DNA of 64,000 nt. Origin: Octopus vulgaris (lineage: Eukaryota). Position 1 is the first letter of the stretch; each line of letters opens with the position of its first letter. This document shows positions 26,606 through 40,448 of the stretch, piece by piece. A program made the translations under genes and the position numbers. The notes under the pieces were generated by a model. That model was not told where the DNA came from. It made no database searches and saw only the letters and a list, made by a program, of their open reading frames with translations. The stretch spans positions 14,198,001-14,262,000 of the forward strand of contig OX597837.1 of the NCBI GenBank assembly GCA_951406725.2. The letters are read 5' to 3'.

Positions 26606-28756
26606 CAAATACATACATACATATATACACATGCAAGCATATGTGTGGGGGTGTATCTACTCCACAACTGCTTGGTAACCGGTGTTTTTAGTTAACGTCC
26701 CCGTAACTTAGCTGTTCGGCACAAGAAACTGATTGAATGAATACCCGACTTCAAAATAAATACAATGATGCAACAAAGAATTGCCGCCACCACCAGTGGA
26801 AAAGTACATGAGAAAATTAATAAAATGTATTGAAGATTAAATGAACTAAATATATAAAAAAGGGGTGGTAGTTTCATATGATTGTTCGATATGCTAGAAA
26901 TAGCCACTAAATCTCCCTCAAACCATGGTGCTGTTTGTCCTTCGTGAACGAAATGCAATTGCATGTAAAAAGAAAAATAATAATATGAGCAGTGAGGGAA
27001 TTCCACCCGGTAGACACACAGGGGAGAAAGGACTTGGCACAGTGGATAGGCAGATGGTTAAATTACAGGTGAGAAGAAAAGGAAAGAGAAGCAAATCAGG
27101 TTGGCCTGGGAAGATGTGACATGAGATGAGCCAGCTCTAAGGGGCAGAATGTACCAGCAACAGAAAGAGAGAAAAAGGAGACACTTCATTCATGGACCGA
27201 AAGCTGGAGTACGTTAATAAATTATTCCTGGCTAATCCGTTGGGCATACCACTCCGCACAATATTTTTTTTCTTTTGGGGGCGTGTTTCCCGGATGTTTG
27301 TGGAAGTAGTTTCTTTCGCGGAAAATAATGAATAGGATTTCATACTCGGGGATCTAACAATGTAGTTATGTATATATTTGCTTGAACAGGAAAAAAACCT
27401 ATTGTGAAATAACACGACGACGATGAAATCAAGGAATGTAATTGTGTCTGCATGAAAAGGGGAATCGAAGGACGATATGACAACAACATAAGCAGCAATA
27501 ACAGCTGCACTGGATCAATCATTGAGCGAAGTAAGCACGTGCTTAGGGCATCAATGGAAAGGGGAGGGGAAACCACAAAAATAGTAAATGGCTTACGGCA
27601 CGAAAAAAATCACTTTAAACTTGTTAAAATAATATTCGGGATGCCTTATCTCTATCAAGCATAGAAGCAGATGTGTTACGTAAGATTAACTTTTGAGGAT
27701 TCGATCAAAGACTTTGCAATGAAATAAAAGGTAAGAGAAAACATTTCAAATATATTTTAAGTGAAGTAAAGACAAATGAACAATATTTTGAGTTTTGTTG
27801 TTGGTTTTGTTTCGTTTTGAAGAATTCAAATTTGTTTTTTTTTGGTTTATATATATATGGGGACAACAAAACTTTTTTAAGTGCTTAGGGCCACAATGGG
27901 TCTTAATGTGGCCCCGAATTGCAGGCAGTGCAATCGTGTCTGCTTGACCAAGATATTATTACAGATGGAGACAAAACAACAACGAGGAGGAGGAGGAGGA
28001 GGAGGGGAGGAAGAGTGGAGGAGGAGGAGGAGGAGGAGGACGACGACGACGATAACAACGAAGTGTTTAACGATGAGCTTGCTTGACCAGAGGAGGCCCG
28101 GTGTTAAATAACAGCAATAAACTGTACTGAGATAACTCCATCCATGCCAGACCTGCGCTAAACAACAATAACAACAGCAACAGTAGGCAGAGGAAGAACA
28201 GATAAGAATTTGGACCTGGAGATTTCCATTTCCAGCGACTTCGAGGGTCACCTCCCAGTGGTGTCAGGCATCAACAAAGAGCCCTCGACTACAACAAGAC
28301 GACCAAAGTTTTTTTTTTTCCAAGGTCTGGGGTCTCTCGCCCCTAAGCCCTAGACCATCACCTAATCACCCTTACCCGTCTTGTTGCTTAACAACAACAA
28401 CAGCAACAACAACAGTACAACAATAACAACAACAAAATCATCAAGAGTAGCAGCCAGGGCGCGGCAAAATAAATCTCGCTCCGGTTTGGCCGGACGAGAG
28501 CGTAGTGAGATGTTAAGTTGTTGCGCAACTCAGACAGGGAGGTAAGGAGTCCCAAAACCCGTAGGAAGGCAGAAGGGAGATAGAAAACAGAAACTGCAGA
28601 AAGGGAAGGGGAACACGATAAAAAGGAAGTTGTCATATTTGTGTCGCTGTTGGTGATATTTTTGTAATTCCCGTCAGAGAAAATAGTTCACACCAAGCAG
28701 CTTTGTCACTGCTCATTGGCGATTGCATTTTCCCACAAGCCTACATACAAACAGAG

Positions 28757-28874
<118 letters not shown>

Positions 28875-29021
28875 ACTTAAATCACACAAAAGAAGCACAT
28901 GTCCAGGTATGTGCTTCTTTATTCATCTATTTGTCATCGTCCAAGACTTGTTTGTAGCATAAAGTAAATATAAATTTAGACGTAGCGCAGGCGTTATCGG
29001 ATAAAGAAATCTCTCTCTCTT

Positions 29022-29089
<68 letters not shown>

Positions 29090-29134
29090 ATATATATATT
29101 TGTATGTATGTATGTATATATATATATATATATA

Positions 29135-29528
29135 TATAAAATATTATTAGAGACAAAACCACTATTTTGCAAAACAAACAAGGAAAGACTTAATCAATAC
29201 ATAAAATTTTAATAAATAGTCAAAAAAACCGCCACTACAATTGTTTCTTGTCTTGATCGACAATCTTCAGGTGGACTTCCAATAAGTCAGTTTGAAACTG
29301 ACTTATTGGAAGTCCACCTGAAGATTGTCGATCAAGACAAGAAACAATTGTAGTGGCGGTTTTTTTGACTATTTATTAAAATTTTATGTATTGATTAAGT
29401 CTTTCCTTGTTTGTTTTGCAAAATAGTGGTTTTGTCTCTAATAATATTTTATAATATTTTACTATAAAATTGGATTTAATCCTAAATCTGATTTTTTCCC
29501 TGTAAATTTGGATTTATTCCCTAATATT

Positions 29529-29533
<5 letters not shown>
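29135..29533 (+). mobile_element. Penelope-like remnant: perfect palindrome (159-bp arms, 1-nt spacer at 29294) plus unique 3' extension
   Basis: 29135-29293 is the reverse complement of 29295-29453. It is flanked by (TA)n on both sides and has a hammerhead in each arm. Confidence 0.8.
29314..29356 (+). ncRNA. Minimal type I hammerhead ribozyme (mirror copy on the minus strand at 29232-29274)
   Basis: CCAC CTGAAGA TTGTC-GATCAA-GACAA GAAA CAATTG TA GTGG: canonical CUGANGA/GAAA boxes, 5-bp stem II, palindromic stem III ACAATTGT, GUA site (after 29352) and 4-bp stem I. Confidence 0.8.
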
Positions 29534-29564
<31 letters not shown>

Positions 29565-29648
29565 TGTTGTGTCTGGGGAGAGTGGGGAGAGTCATTCTCT
29601 TTTTGTGCCTTATTATGTAACACACTCACCGGTAAAATCCTAAAACGA

Positions 29649-29699
<51 letters not shown>

Positions 29700-29884
29700 C
29701 ATACACATATATACATATACATACATATATATACATACATACATATACATACATACATACATAAATACATACACATACGTAGAATTATACTAAACAGAAG
29801 CTAAAACCATCGGAAACATCACTCCGTGTTTCTTTCTGGAGGATAGTGAAGAATTTATGCTTTCAATTATTGAATATGATACGC

Positions 29885-29933
<49 letters not shown>

Positions 29934-30309
29934 TACACACACATTTAAATTCTAATCTAATGACAAGTAAGAATAGAAATAATAAAATAAAAAAAGCGCT
30001 GAACAATGTAAAACATTTTGAAAATGACATGCTTCCGTTACATTTGGTCATGTGATTCCATCGTTCTTTTTTGCTATTCTGACAATCTGTTGATCATGAT
30101 ATCAAGTTACACATTCACTGAATTAACACAGCCTTGACTTTTGGCGCAATTATCGATCATACTGTCACGTGACATAATTTGCAGACAAAACATGGAGCTG
30201 TTATCCATGTTAATTTTTTGGCTCGGCTGTCATTCAAAATAGTCACAACACCCTATGACCTTGTGATTAGCTTTAACCAGCAAAACTACACCTCAACTGA
30301 TGGCAAGTT

Positions 30310-30836
30310 TAACTATAATCTCTCTTTGGCCAGCTGAAAGCACTTTGGGCTCGAACTTGGCAGACACACGTCTCATACCAAAACCTTCAGTGATAATGGA
30401 CTGAACTGAACCTTAACTAATCTGAACTTCCTCTGATAACTCACGGATGGTGATTCGACGATTTTCCCTCTCAGCAGCGATGTTTTTCTCAGTTCTTCTA
30501 GTCGCGGATCTTCCAGAACGTTCGTCGATATCGATATTTTTTCGGCCATCTTGGAAACACTCGTATGCGGCTCATACACTCCTCTCCATACACTTTCTGC
30601 AACTTTGTGTGGGCCTCTGAGCAGGTATCGCCGTGACAACTTTCTCTGTCATGGTAAATACGACAGATCACACGCTACACACATTCCTTCCAAGCACTGC
30701 TGCAAACAGCGGAAGTGAAGGAAAACGTTACAACTTCGTGCGCATGCACAGCAGGGTTTAGAATCAATCTTTCCAAGTGGCTTCACTCTGCATGCTTTAG
30801 CTTCGTTACTATGGCAATAGTCCGAATACTTATTCA
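30310..30836 (-). pseudogene. Degenerate 5' part of a mariner transposon
   Basis: Broken frames read GDTCSEAHTKLQKVYGEECMSR...DERSGR...ENRRITIRELSEEVQIS*GSVQSIITEGFGMRRVSAKFEPKVLS, the mariner HTH domains. Confidence 0.78.
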
Positions 30837-30904
30837 TTAGACTTTGTGTGTGTATATATGTGTTTGTGTATGTATGTGTGTGTGTGCATGTGTGTATGTG
30901 TGTA

Positions 30905-30942
<38 letters not shown>

Positions 30943-31876
30943 TGTGTGTGTGTGTGTAATACACACATGGGCAGATAGATAGCTATATAGATATATAGAT
31001 ATAGATATATTATATATGTGTGTGTCTCTAGTTTGTCAATGAAAGAGACGGAGCATTCAGTACTTGCGAACAATGTAATGTTTATTTAAACTCAATTTTA
31101 TTTTGGATTTCTATTTTTTTTTTTTTGCAATTAGAATTTCCTGTGATTGTGATCATCGAGTTATCTGATGATCGCAAAAACGCGAAACACGAGTGACGTG
31201 GAAAATGTTCAGTTTAAATAAACTACACGCACGAACACGTACATACACATACACGCACGCATTCACAAACAAACACACATACACACACACATACACACAC
31301 ACACACACCTAAATATATATACATATACATATATAGTTTTCGTTTCTTTTGTTGCACAAAAATGTAAAACGTGCTTAGCACAAAAGTGTGTTGAGAATGT
31401 GTGTAATCTGTTGTATTTGAATCCACGAGTAATGCAAACAGAGATTACTTGTCCGAACCACGGTTTCGGTCAATTGGCCTTTGAGTGCTAAGTACACAGC
31501 AGTGGATTGATATGATGCTTAACATACATACATACATACATACATACATACATACATACATACATACATACATACATACATACATACATACGTCCATACA
31601 TACAAACATACATACATACATGCATGCATGCATACACGCGTACGTACGTATGTATGCATGTATCTGTGTGTGTGTGTGTGTGTTTGCATTCTGCCACCGA
31701 TCGACAATCGGTGTTGGTGTGTGTGTGTGTGTGTTTTACGTCCCCATAACTTAGCGGTTCAGCAAAAGAGGCCTATAGAATAAGTACTAGGCTTCAAAAA
31801 TTTCAAGTTCTAAGGTCCATTTGTTCGACTTAGGACAGCATGACCGCAATCAAATGACCGAAACAAGCAAAAAGAA

Positions 31877-32180
31877 CATACATACATACATACATACATA
31901 CATACATACACACATACATACATACATACATACATACATACATACATACATACATACATACATACATACATACATACATACATGCATACATACATACATA
32001 CATACAAACATACATACATATACATACATACATACATACATACATACATACATACATACATACATACATACATACATACATACATACATACATACATACA
32101 TACATACATACATACATACACACACACATACATACATACATATATACATACATACATACATACATGCATACATACATACA

Positions 32181-32250
<70 letters not shown>
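31877..32250. repeat. (ACAT)n/(AT)n microsatellite
   Basis: Directly visible. Confidence 0.95.
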
Positions 32251-32257
<7 letters not shown>

Positions 32258-32810
32258 AATGAAAGACAGAAGATGGAATATACTAGAATATATTATTAAT
32301 CACAACAATTGTTTCGACACCACTAGCATCAATTCTTGTGGGACACGCAAAAACTGGTTCAGGAGTATATATAAAATTAAGGAGAGGAGAAAACAAATTC
32401 AAAGTCGAAGTGTATATTCATGCAATCCATATTAACGAAGTTCTCCGTGGTATACAAAGTGCATACATAGATGAATTCATCTATATGATATAGAAAACAT
32501 TTCTAAGAATTTATAAATACATGCATATACACGAAAATTCATAAATATATAAAAATTCATAGACACATAAAAATTTACAAAAAAAAAAAATCGTCTGTGT
32601 TTGTCCCCCCAACATCGCTTGACAACCGATGCTGGTGTGTTTGCGTCCCCGTTACTTAGCGGTTCGGCAAAAGAGACCGATAGAATAAGTACTAAGCTTA
32701 CAAAGAATAAGTCCTGGTGTCGATTTGCTCGACTAAAAGGCGGTGCTCCAGCATGGCCGCAGTCAAATGACTGAAACATGTAAAAGAGTAAAAAAAAAAG
32801 AATAAAAGAG

Positions 32811-32876
<66 letters not shown>

Positions 32877-33375
32877 TATATACATATATGTGTACATATA
32901 TATATGCATACACGTGCAGGCATATTTATCTACACTTAGTTCCTTATTGCTCCTTTCCATCAATATGTTGACACACACACACACTCTCTCTCTCTCTCAC
33001 ACACACCGATCGATCGATTCTACCTGTTGCCATTCGGATGTCGTCATTCGATTACTTAACCTCTAAACAATCCTATTGTCTTGCACTAATAACTGTACTA
33101 ATTCATGCACAAATTCAGTGATTCATACATCGCTACTTCGACGAGTACAGGACGATTTGATTCGCTGAACGCGGTTGTCCCCAAGACTTGGCGATAGAGA
33201 AACAAAACAAAAAAACAAAAAAAACAAAATGGTGACATAATATTTTAGTCATTGTTTAACACTAAAGTGTTTTCTCACCTGATATAAGTTTCTGGTTAGC
33301 AATTTCATGAATTCATTAATTAAGCATATTAACACTAATAGATGACTCTATCTATAATGGCCTTCTCATCTGTTA

Positions 33376-33454
<79 letters not shown>

Positions 33455-33742
33455 ATCGTGATTTCATTCGCTGAGGAGTTGACCCCGAACCTTTAGATAA
33501 AGCATTAGTCATTGTCCGATACGAGGGTCTTCCCCCCCCCCCTCATAAGTGTTTCTACTTGGCGTTTCTACGAATTCATTAAATTAGTTTATTAAAGTTA
33601 ATAGACACGTGTATCTGTGTCTATAATAAACACTCTCCTTGTCTCCCTCTTATAGACATAAGTTTGTGTATGTATATACAGGTGTAAGTATATATACGTG
33701 TTTGTATGCATATAAGTATATATATAAGCATACGTATACATA

Positions 33743-35030
33743 CGAGGGACGTTCAATAAGTAATGCCTCTGACCCACTTGCAGTTGTTTGATCTAGCTGA
33801 AATTTTGCATGTGCAATCATTTATATCTCTATAGAGTAAGTGGCAAATTACAGCTCTGAATTAATTGTGGTTTCTGATTTACAGGTGTTTGAACCGAGTC
33901 ACGTGTGAAATGGAGCCTGTTGAGTGTCGAGCAGTGATCCGGTTTTTGTATTTGAAAGGACGCACACCACGGGAGACTTTTGATGAAATGAAAGTAACTT
34001 ATGGTGATGATGCCCCATCTTATGACCTTGTAAAACGCTGGCATCGTGAATTCAAACATGGTCGGAACTCTGTGGAAACAGCTCCCAGATCTGGTGCCCC
34101 CTTCTGCCATTGATGAGGCATCTGTCTGTCAAGTTGAGGCTGCCATTTTGGAAGATCGACGCATAATTATTCGCCAAATAGCCCATGAGGTCAAGATTAG
34201 TACCGGGTCTGTGGAAACTATCATTCATGACCATTTGCATATGCAAAAGGTGTCTGCCAGATGGATTCCCAGGTTGCTCACGCCTTTCCAGAAGCAAGAA
34301 CGCGTTGAGTGCTCGAGGATGAATTTGGAGATGTGCCAGGAAGATGAGTCAAAATTTTTCAAAAGATTGATTACACAGGATGAAACCTGGGTCCATCACT
34401 ATGATCCAGAGACCAAAGCCCAGTCAATGCAGTGGAAGCACCGTGACTCACCCCCTCCAAAGAAGGCAAGGGTGCAGCCCTCCGCTGGCAAGGTCATGCT
34501 CACAGTCTTCTGGGACCAGGACGGAGTAGTGATGACAGATTTCCTGGCAAAGGGTACCACAATTGCAGGAGCCTATTATGCTTCACTTCAGAGGAAATTA
34601 AGAGAAGTTATCAAAATCAAGAGGCGGGGCAAGATCAGCAAAGGCGTCCTCCTCCTGCAGGACAACGCTCCGGTCCACAACTCGCTTGTCGCCAGATCAG
34701 AAGCACAGGCGTATGGCTATGAACTCCTCCCCATCCCCCCTACTTTCCTGACCCTGCACCCTCTGATTTTCACCTCTTCCCAATCATGAAGTTGTTTTTG
34801 AAAGGAAAGCGTTTCCCAGATGATGCAGCCTTGATTTCTGAAGTCACGTTGAGGTTGGAGGACCAAGCTGGGTTCTTCTACAAAACGGTCTCCAGAGCCG
34901 CATCAAACGATGAGAGAAATGCGTAACTCTGGATGGTTCTTATGTAGAAAAAGACTAATAACTGTGCCAAGTTTCGTTGCTCTACTGCTATGGGAAGTGG
35001 GTCAGGGGCATTACTTATTGAACGCCCCTC

Positions 35031-35031
<1 letters not shown>
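33743..35031 (+). mobile_element. Full-length mariner DNA transposon (1289 bp)
   Basis: 37-bp terminal inverted repeats (TIRs) with 2 mismatches (cgagggacgttcaataagtaatgcctctgacccactt) and TA duplications at 33741-33742 and 35032-35033. Confidence 0.97.
33910..34958 (+). pseudogene. Mariner DD34D transposase, disrupted by three frameshifts and one stop
   Basis: MEPVECRAVIRFLYLKG..., WIPRLL, ITQDETW, LLQDNAPVH, restored HPPYFPDPAPSDFHLF and terminal GSYVEKD*. There are 34 residues between the second and third Asp. Confidence 0.95.
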
Positions 35032-35071
<40 letters not shown>

Positions 35072-35076
<5 letters not shown>

Positions 35077-35418
35077 AAATAAAAACATGATGCAAAGGAT
35101 TTAGCGATACATATGTTTCGCGCCTTTATTAGACGGTTTATAACAATGCATAATTGATGTAAATGTATGTCTATAGCCTACTTCAGCCGCTTACAATTAC
35201 TACTTCAAGGACATGTATTACATTATAAGTTTTACGTTGGGGATGCAAATCCGTCTAATAAAGGCCCGAAACATATGTACCGCTAAATCCTTTGCATCAT
35301 GTTTTTATTTTGATAAATATACTCTATCACCTACAACACTAAATGTCATATACAGGTGCTTACAATTATTATCAAGTATTTTCACGTTTTATTTACAACC
35401 CTGAACAAAAATAGGTTG

Positions 35419-35420
<2 letters not shown>
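35072..35420. repeat. Inverted repeat (65-bp arms 35072-35136 / 35251-35315) in an insert between (AT)n tracts
   Basis: The arms match at 63/65 and contain CTAATAA AGGCCC GAAA CATATG TA. Confidence 0.8.
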
Positions 35421-35462
<42 letters not shown>

Positions 35463-35910
35463 CACACACACCCATATATATATATATCTATATATATATA
35501 TATATATATATACACAGATCCGTGGGTCACATAGCTAGCTAGGGGCGATGGCCTCTTAGAGCTAATCAACGGCAGCATTCGTCCTATATTTCAGGACAGC
35601 CATATTAGCTTGGCTTTAACTAGCTTTTGCCGGTGTACAAGTTGTCAGGGGTCGAAGTGATCGTGTGGCAACGTGAGATGAAGTGTTATGCTCAAGAACA
35701 CAATGTACCACTCGGTCTAGAAATGTATGTATATACGCATGCACGTATGTATGTATGTATGTATGTATGTATGTATGTATGTATGTATGTATGTATGTAT
35801 GTATGTATGTATGCATGTATGTATGTATGTCTATGTGTGCAGCTAACGTAGCCGACGATAAAGGAAGATGTCATTGACTGGAAGCAAAAATTTAAAAAAA
35901 ACAAACAACA

Positions 35911-36317
35911 GGCGCAGGAGTGGCTGTGTGGTAAGTAGCTTGTTTACCAACCGCATGGTTCCAGGTTCAGTCCCACTGCGTGGCACCTTGGGCAAATGTC
36001 TTCTACTATAGCCTCGGGCCGACCAAAGCCTTGTGAGTGGATTTGGTAGACGGAAACTGAAAGAAGCCCGTCGTATTTATGAATATATGTATGCGTGTGT
36101 GTGTTTGTGTGTCTGTGTTTGTCCCCCTAGCATTGCTTGACAACCGATGCTGGTGTGTTTATGTCCCCGTTACTTAGCGGTTCAGCAAAAGAGACCGATA
36201 AAATAAGTACTGGGCTTACAAAAAGAATAAGTCCCGGGGTCGAGTTGCTCGATTAAAAAAGGCGGTGCTCCAGCATGGCCGCAGTCAAATGACTGAAACA
36301 AGTAAAAGAGTAAAAGA
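35911..36317 (+). mobile_element. SINE family A, full length
   Basis: Complete head, internal microsatellite and tail. Confidence 0.92.
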
Positions 36318-36577
36318 GAGAAAACAAAGCAAAGGAAAGAAATAAACAGAAGCTAGGAAAAGCTGCAATCACATAAGTATAAGTTGAACAAGACATTGCG
36401 AAGTCGAGGGTGACTTGGCAGAGTGACTCATGCTGGCTTTGTTTCAACTAACATTTTGCAATGAGTTTGTAACCAGCATGACTAACGTTGTCACAGGGTT
36501 GTAAACACGGAGTATATATATATATACACAGTAATCAACACAAAGGAGACATTCTGTGCAGGCAATATTTTACGTTC

Positions 36578-36691
<114 letters not shown>

Positions 36692-37864
36692 GAGAGTGGG
36701 GCAGAGAGGGGGAGGGGGAATGGGGGGGGGGGCAGGAAACAATAAAAGTATGATTCTGAGAGAGTGAGAGTCAGGTGGCGATCACCAAACAAAAGCATCT
36801 GTTAAGGGGGAAAAATCGAAGTAAAATAATAAACAAACAAAACAAAAGGAAGATAAAACAATTCAGATGATGGATGGGGCAACACCGCTTTTATCGCTGT
36901 TGTTGTTGTTGTTGCTGCTGTTGTTGTTACCATAATCGTTATCATCATCATTGTCATCATCATCGTCATCATTGTTATTATTATTGTAGTTGCTACCAGT
37001 GTTGTCTTAGTCGTTGTTGTTGATGTCATTGCTTAGTCAGAGGGGGTCGGAGAATAAGGAGAGTGCTTATGTCCTCATAATAGGGCAGGGCCACAATAAC
37101 CAGTGAAATTGGTGGTGGCGGTGGTGGTGGTTGCTGCGGTGGTGCTGGTGACGGTGATTATAGTGGTTGTTATGGTTTTGTTGGTTGTTAGGGAGAAATA
37201 AATCACATCTCACATTTGTATTCTCCGACCGGAGACCTGGTCTCGTGACATACGACAGCGTGGCCCCTAATAAAAGCGACCAATATAGCCAGGTAACTTC
37301 ATAGAAACGGTTGGCAGTTTAGTATGCGTAATAATAACACTTTCTTACTTTGACACGGGGCCAGCAATTTGGAGTGGTGGGCGGGGAGGTTAGTCAATTA
37401 CATCGTCCCCAGTACTTGACTGGTACTTTATTTTATCGACCTCGAGAGGATGGAAGGCAAAGTTAGTATCGACAGGATTTAAAGTCAGAATGCATAGAGC
37501 CGGAAGAAATTCCGCCATGCTTTTTGTTCGGCGGTAGCACGTCGAACAAAAAATATCTTATGGGTTTTTGTAGGACATTCTACACGAAACTATGACGATA
37601 CATTTGTTTATAATTTGGAGAGAATAAAACTCAGTCTTGAATGTGTCGTAGGGCACGCAGTAAACAAACTAACGTAAGAAGATATTCTCAAAGCAAAAAC
37701 TATATCGGAAACCGAAGTCGTATATTTAAAAGAAAAAATATACAAAAACACGCAGGTAACAAATAGAAAACAAAAAAACGAAAGTAACAAAGTCTACGGA
37801 AGCCTGGAAGATATAAACTATATAACAAAGTATGACAAATCCAAACGCTAGAACGCTCACATAA

Positions 37865-38237
37865 TCTCTCTATATAAAGCTGAAGTTGTCTGTGTATGGC
37901 AGGTTTGGTAGCCTTCAACTAACACTATCTCCTCTGAGACCCTGTGGCGCAAGTTGACCAAAATTGAGAGTATGATAGAAGAAGGCTTGCTCTTCCTTCC
38001 GTAGAAGAAAAAATTCAAATCGGACCATGTTAACACCAACAATTATATACGTCAAAAAGATACTTTTTTCTATGAAAATCCCTATTTTTTACGATTTTCT
38101 GACTGCTGTGTCGCCATTTTTCGGTGTATTTCACTTAAAGAGAATAACAAGCTACATAATGCGAAATTTTTTCTTTTCAAAACTTCCAATTCTAAAGGGT
38201 CGAAACAAACCCGAGCAACGCCGGGCGATACTGATAG
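37865..38237 (+). mobile_element. Short non-autonomous Helitron
   Basis: A|TC 5' end, 3' hairpin cccgagcaacgccggg followed by (a)tag|T. About 330 bp of the 3' part is shared with 47040-47362. Confidence 0.75.
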
Positions 38238-38437
38238 TCATCTATAGAGCAGAGCCAAGAGAAATGTTAAAATAAGAAATCCTCAAGGCGAGAATCTTGA
38301 TTATGATAATCCAAAAGTAAAAGATAAAAACGCAACGATGAAATAGCTACGAAAGACATCCGCCGAAAAATTGTCCATTTTAGATTTAATTAAAACAGAC
38401 ACAATCATCAATATCATCAGGCTTTATGAAATAATTA

Positions 38438-38634
38438 GGCGCAGGAGTGGCTGTGTGGTAAGTAGCTTGCTAACCAACCACGTGGTTCCAGGTCCAGTCC
38501 CACTGCGTGGCATCTTGGGCAAGTGTCTTCTACTATAGCCCCGGGCCGACCAATGCCTTGTGAGTGGATTTGGTAGACGGAAACTGAAAGAAGCCTGTCG
38601 TATATATGTATATATGTATATATATATATATCTA

Positions 38635-38679
<45 letters not shown>

Positions 38680-38885
38680 GTGTGTGTTTGTCCCCCTAGC
38701 ATTGCTTGACAACCGATGCTGGTGTGTTTACGTCCCCGTCACTTAGCGGTTAGACATAAGAGACCGATAGAATAAGTACTGGGCTTACAAAAAGAATAAG
38801 TCCCGGGGTCGATTTGCTCGACTAAAGGCGGTGCTCCAGCATGGCCGCAGTCAAATGACTGAAACAAGTAAAAGAGTAAAGAGAG
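38438..38885 (+). mobile_element. SINE family A, full length
   Basis: Complete head, internal (TA)n and tail. Confidence 0.92.
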
Positions 38886-39957
38886 AGTGCGTGTGTGTGT
38901 GTGTGTGTAAATGCGTGTGTACGTAGTGCATCAGTATTTCAATATATGTGTATATGTATGTGTCTATGTATATGTGTATGTACGCGTGTGCATGTATGTG
39001 TATGTATGCACGTGTATGTGTGTAATCCACTAGTGCCGGTATGTATGAATGTACGTGTGTCTGTGTGTGTGTGTGTGTCTGTGTGTGTGTGTCTGTGTGT
39101 GTGTGTCTATGTGCGTGTGTGTGTGTCTGTTTGTGTCTGTGTGTGTGTCTGTGTGTATGCGTATGTATGTGTGTGTGACTGCGTAATCCACTATGTTATT
39201 ATATGTTCGCGTGTGTTTGCGTATGTACACACACACACACACACACATACACACAGACACAGACACACACACGCACACAGACACACACACACACAGACAC
39301 ACACACACACAGACACACACACACAGACATACACACACACACAGACATACACACACACAGACACACACACAGACACACACACAGACACACACACTCACAC
39401 AGACATCACACACACTCACACACACAGACACACACACATACACACAGATGCACACACACTGTGTTATGTGTTGTTCCATAATAAAGAAAGACAAGAAAGA
39501 CACTTCAAATGCTTCTCCAAACGAAGATTATACTTGACTGATATAAATACTTCAATTACAATTGGGTTTTGCCTAAAACCAACCATGCCCTTCCTCCCTA
39601 ATTCAAGGTTAGCTATCTGAATGGTTCTGAGGTTACCGTCAAGTAGAGAAGGGTTGAGTGATGTCTCTTAAACTTGACCTCCACTCAACTTTGAGTGTTG
39701 GTGTCAGTGAAGAAAAATGGAGAGCATGACCAACATATATCCATCGCATTGGTAACATTGTGAGAATATATTTTACTGCTTTAAGCCGGCGGATTGCTGC
39801 CATGAGGACCACCGCCTTCAAAGGTTCGGGTTTCGGTAGATGGAAACTGAATGAAGCCTGCCGTACACACACACACACACATACACACACACACACTCAC
39901 ACACATGTTTCTTTATTGCCCACAGGAGCTAAACATTTAAATTTTAATATTAATTGT

Positions 39958-40448
<491 letters not shown>

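Noticed and set aside
30373-30966. Two apparently novel ORFs (88 and 105 aa)
   Set aside because: They are off-frame readings of a decayed mariner and an adjacent microsatellite.
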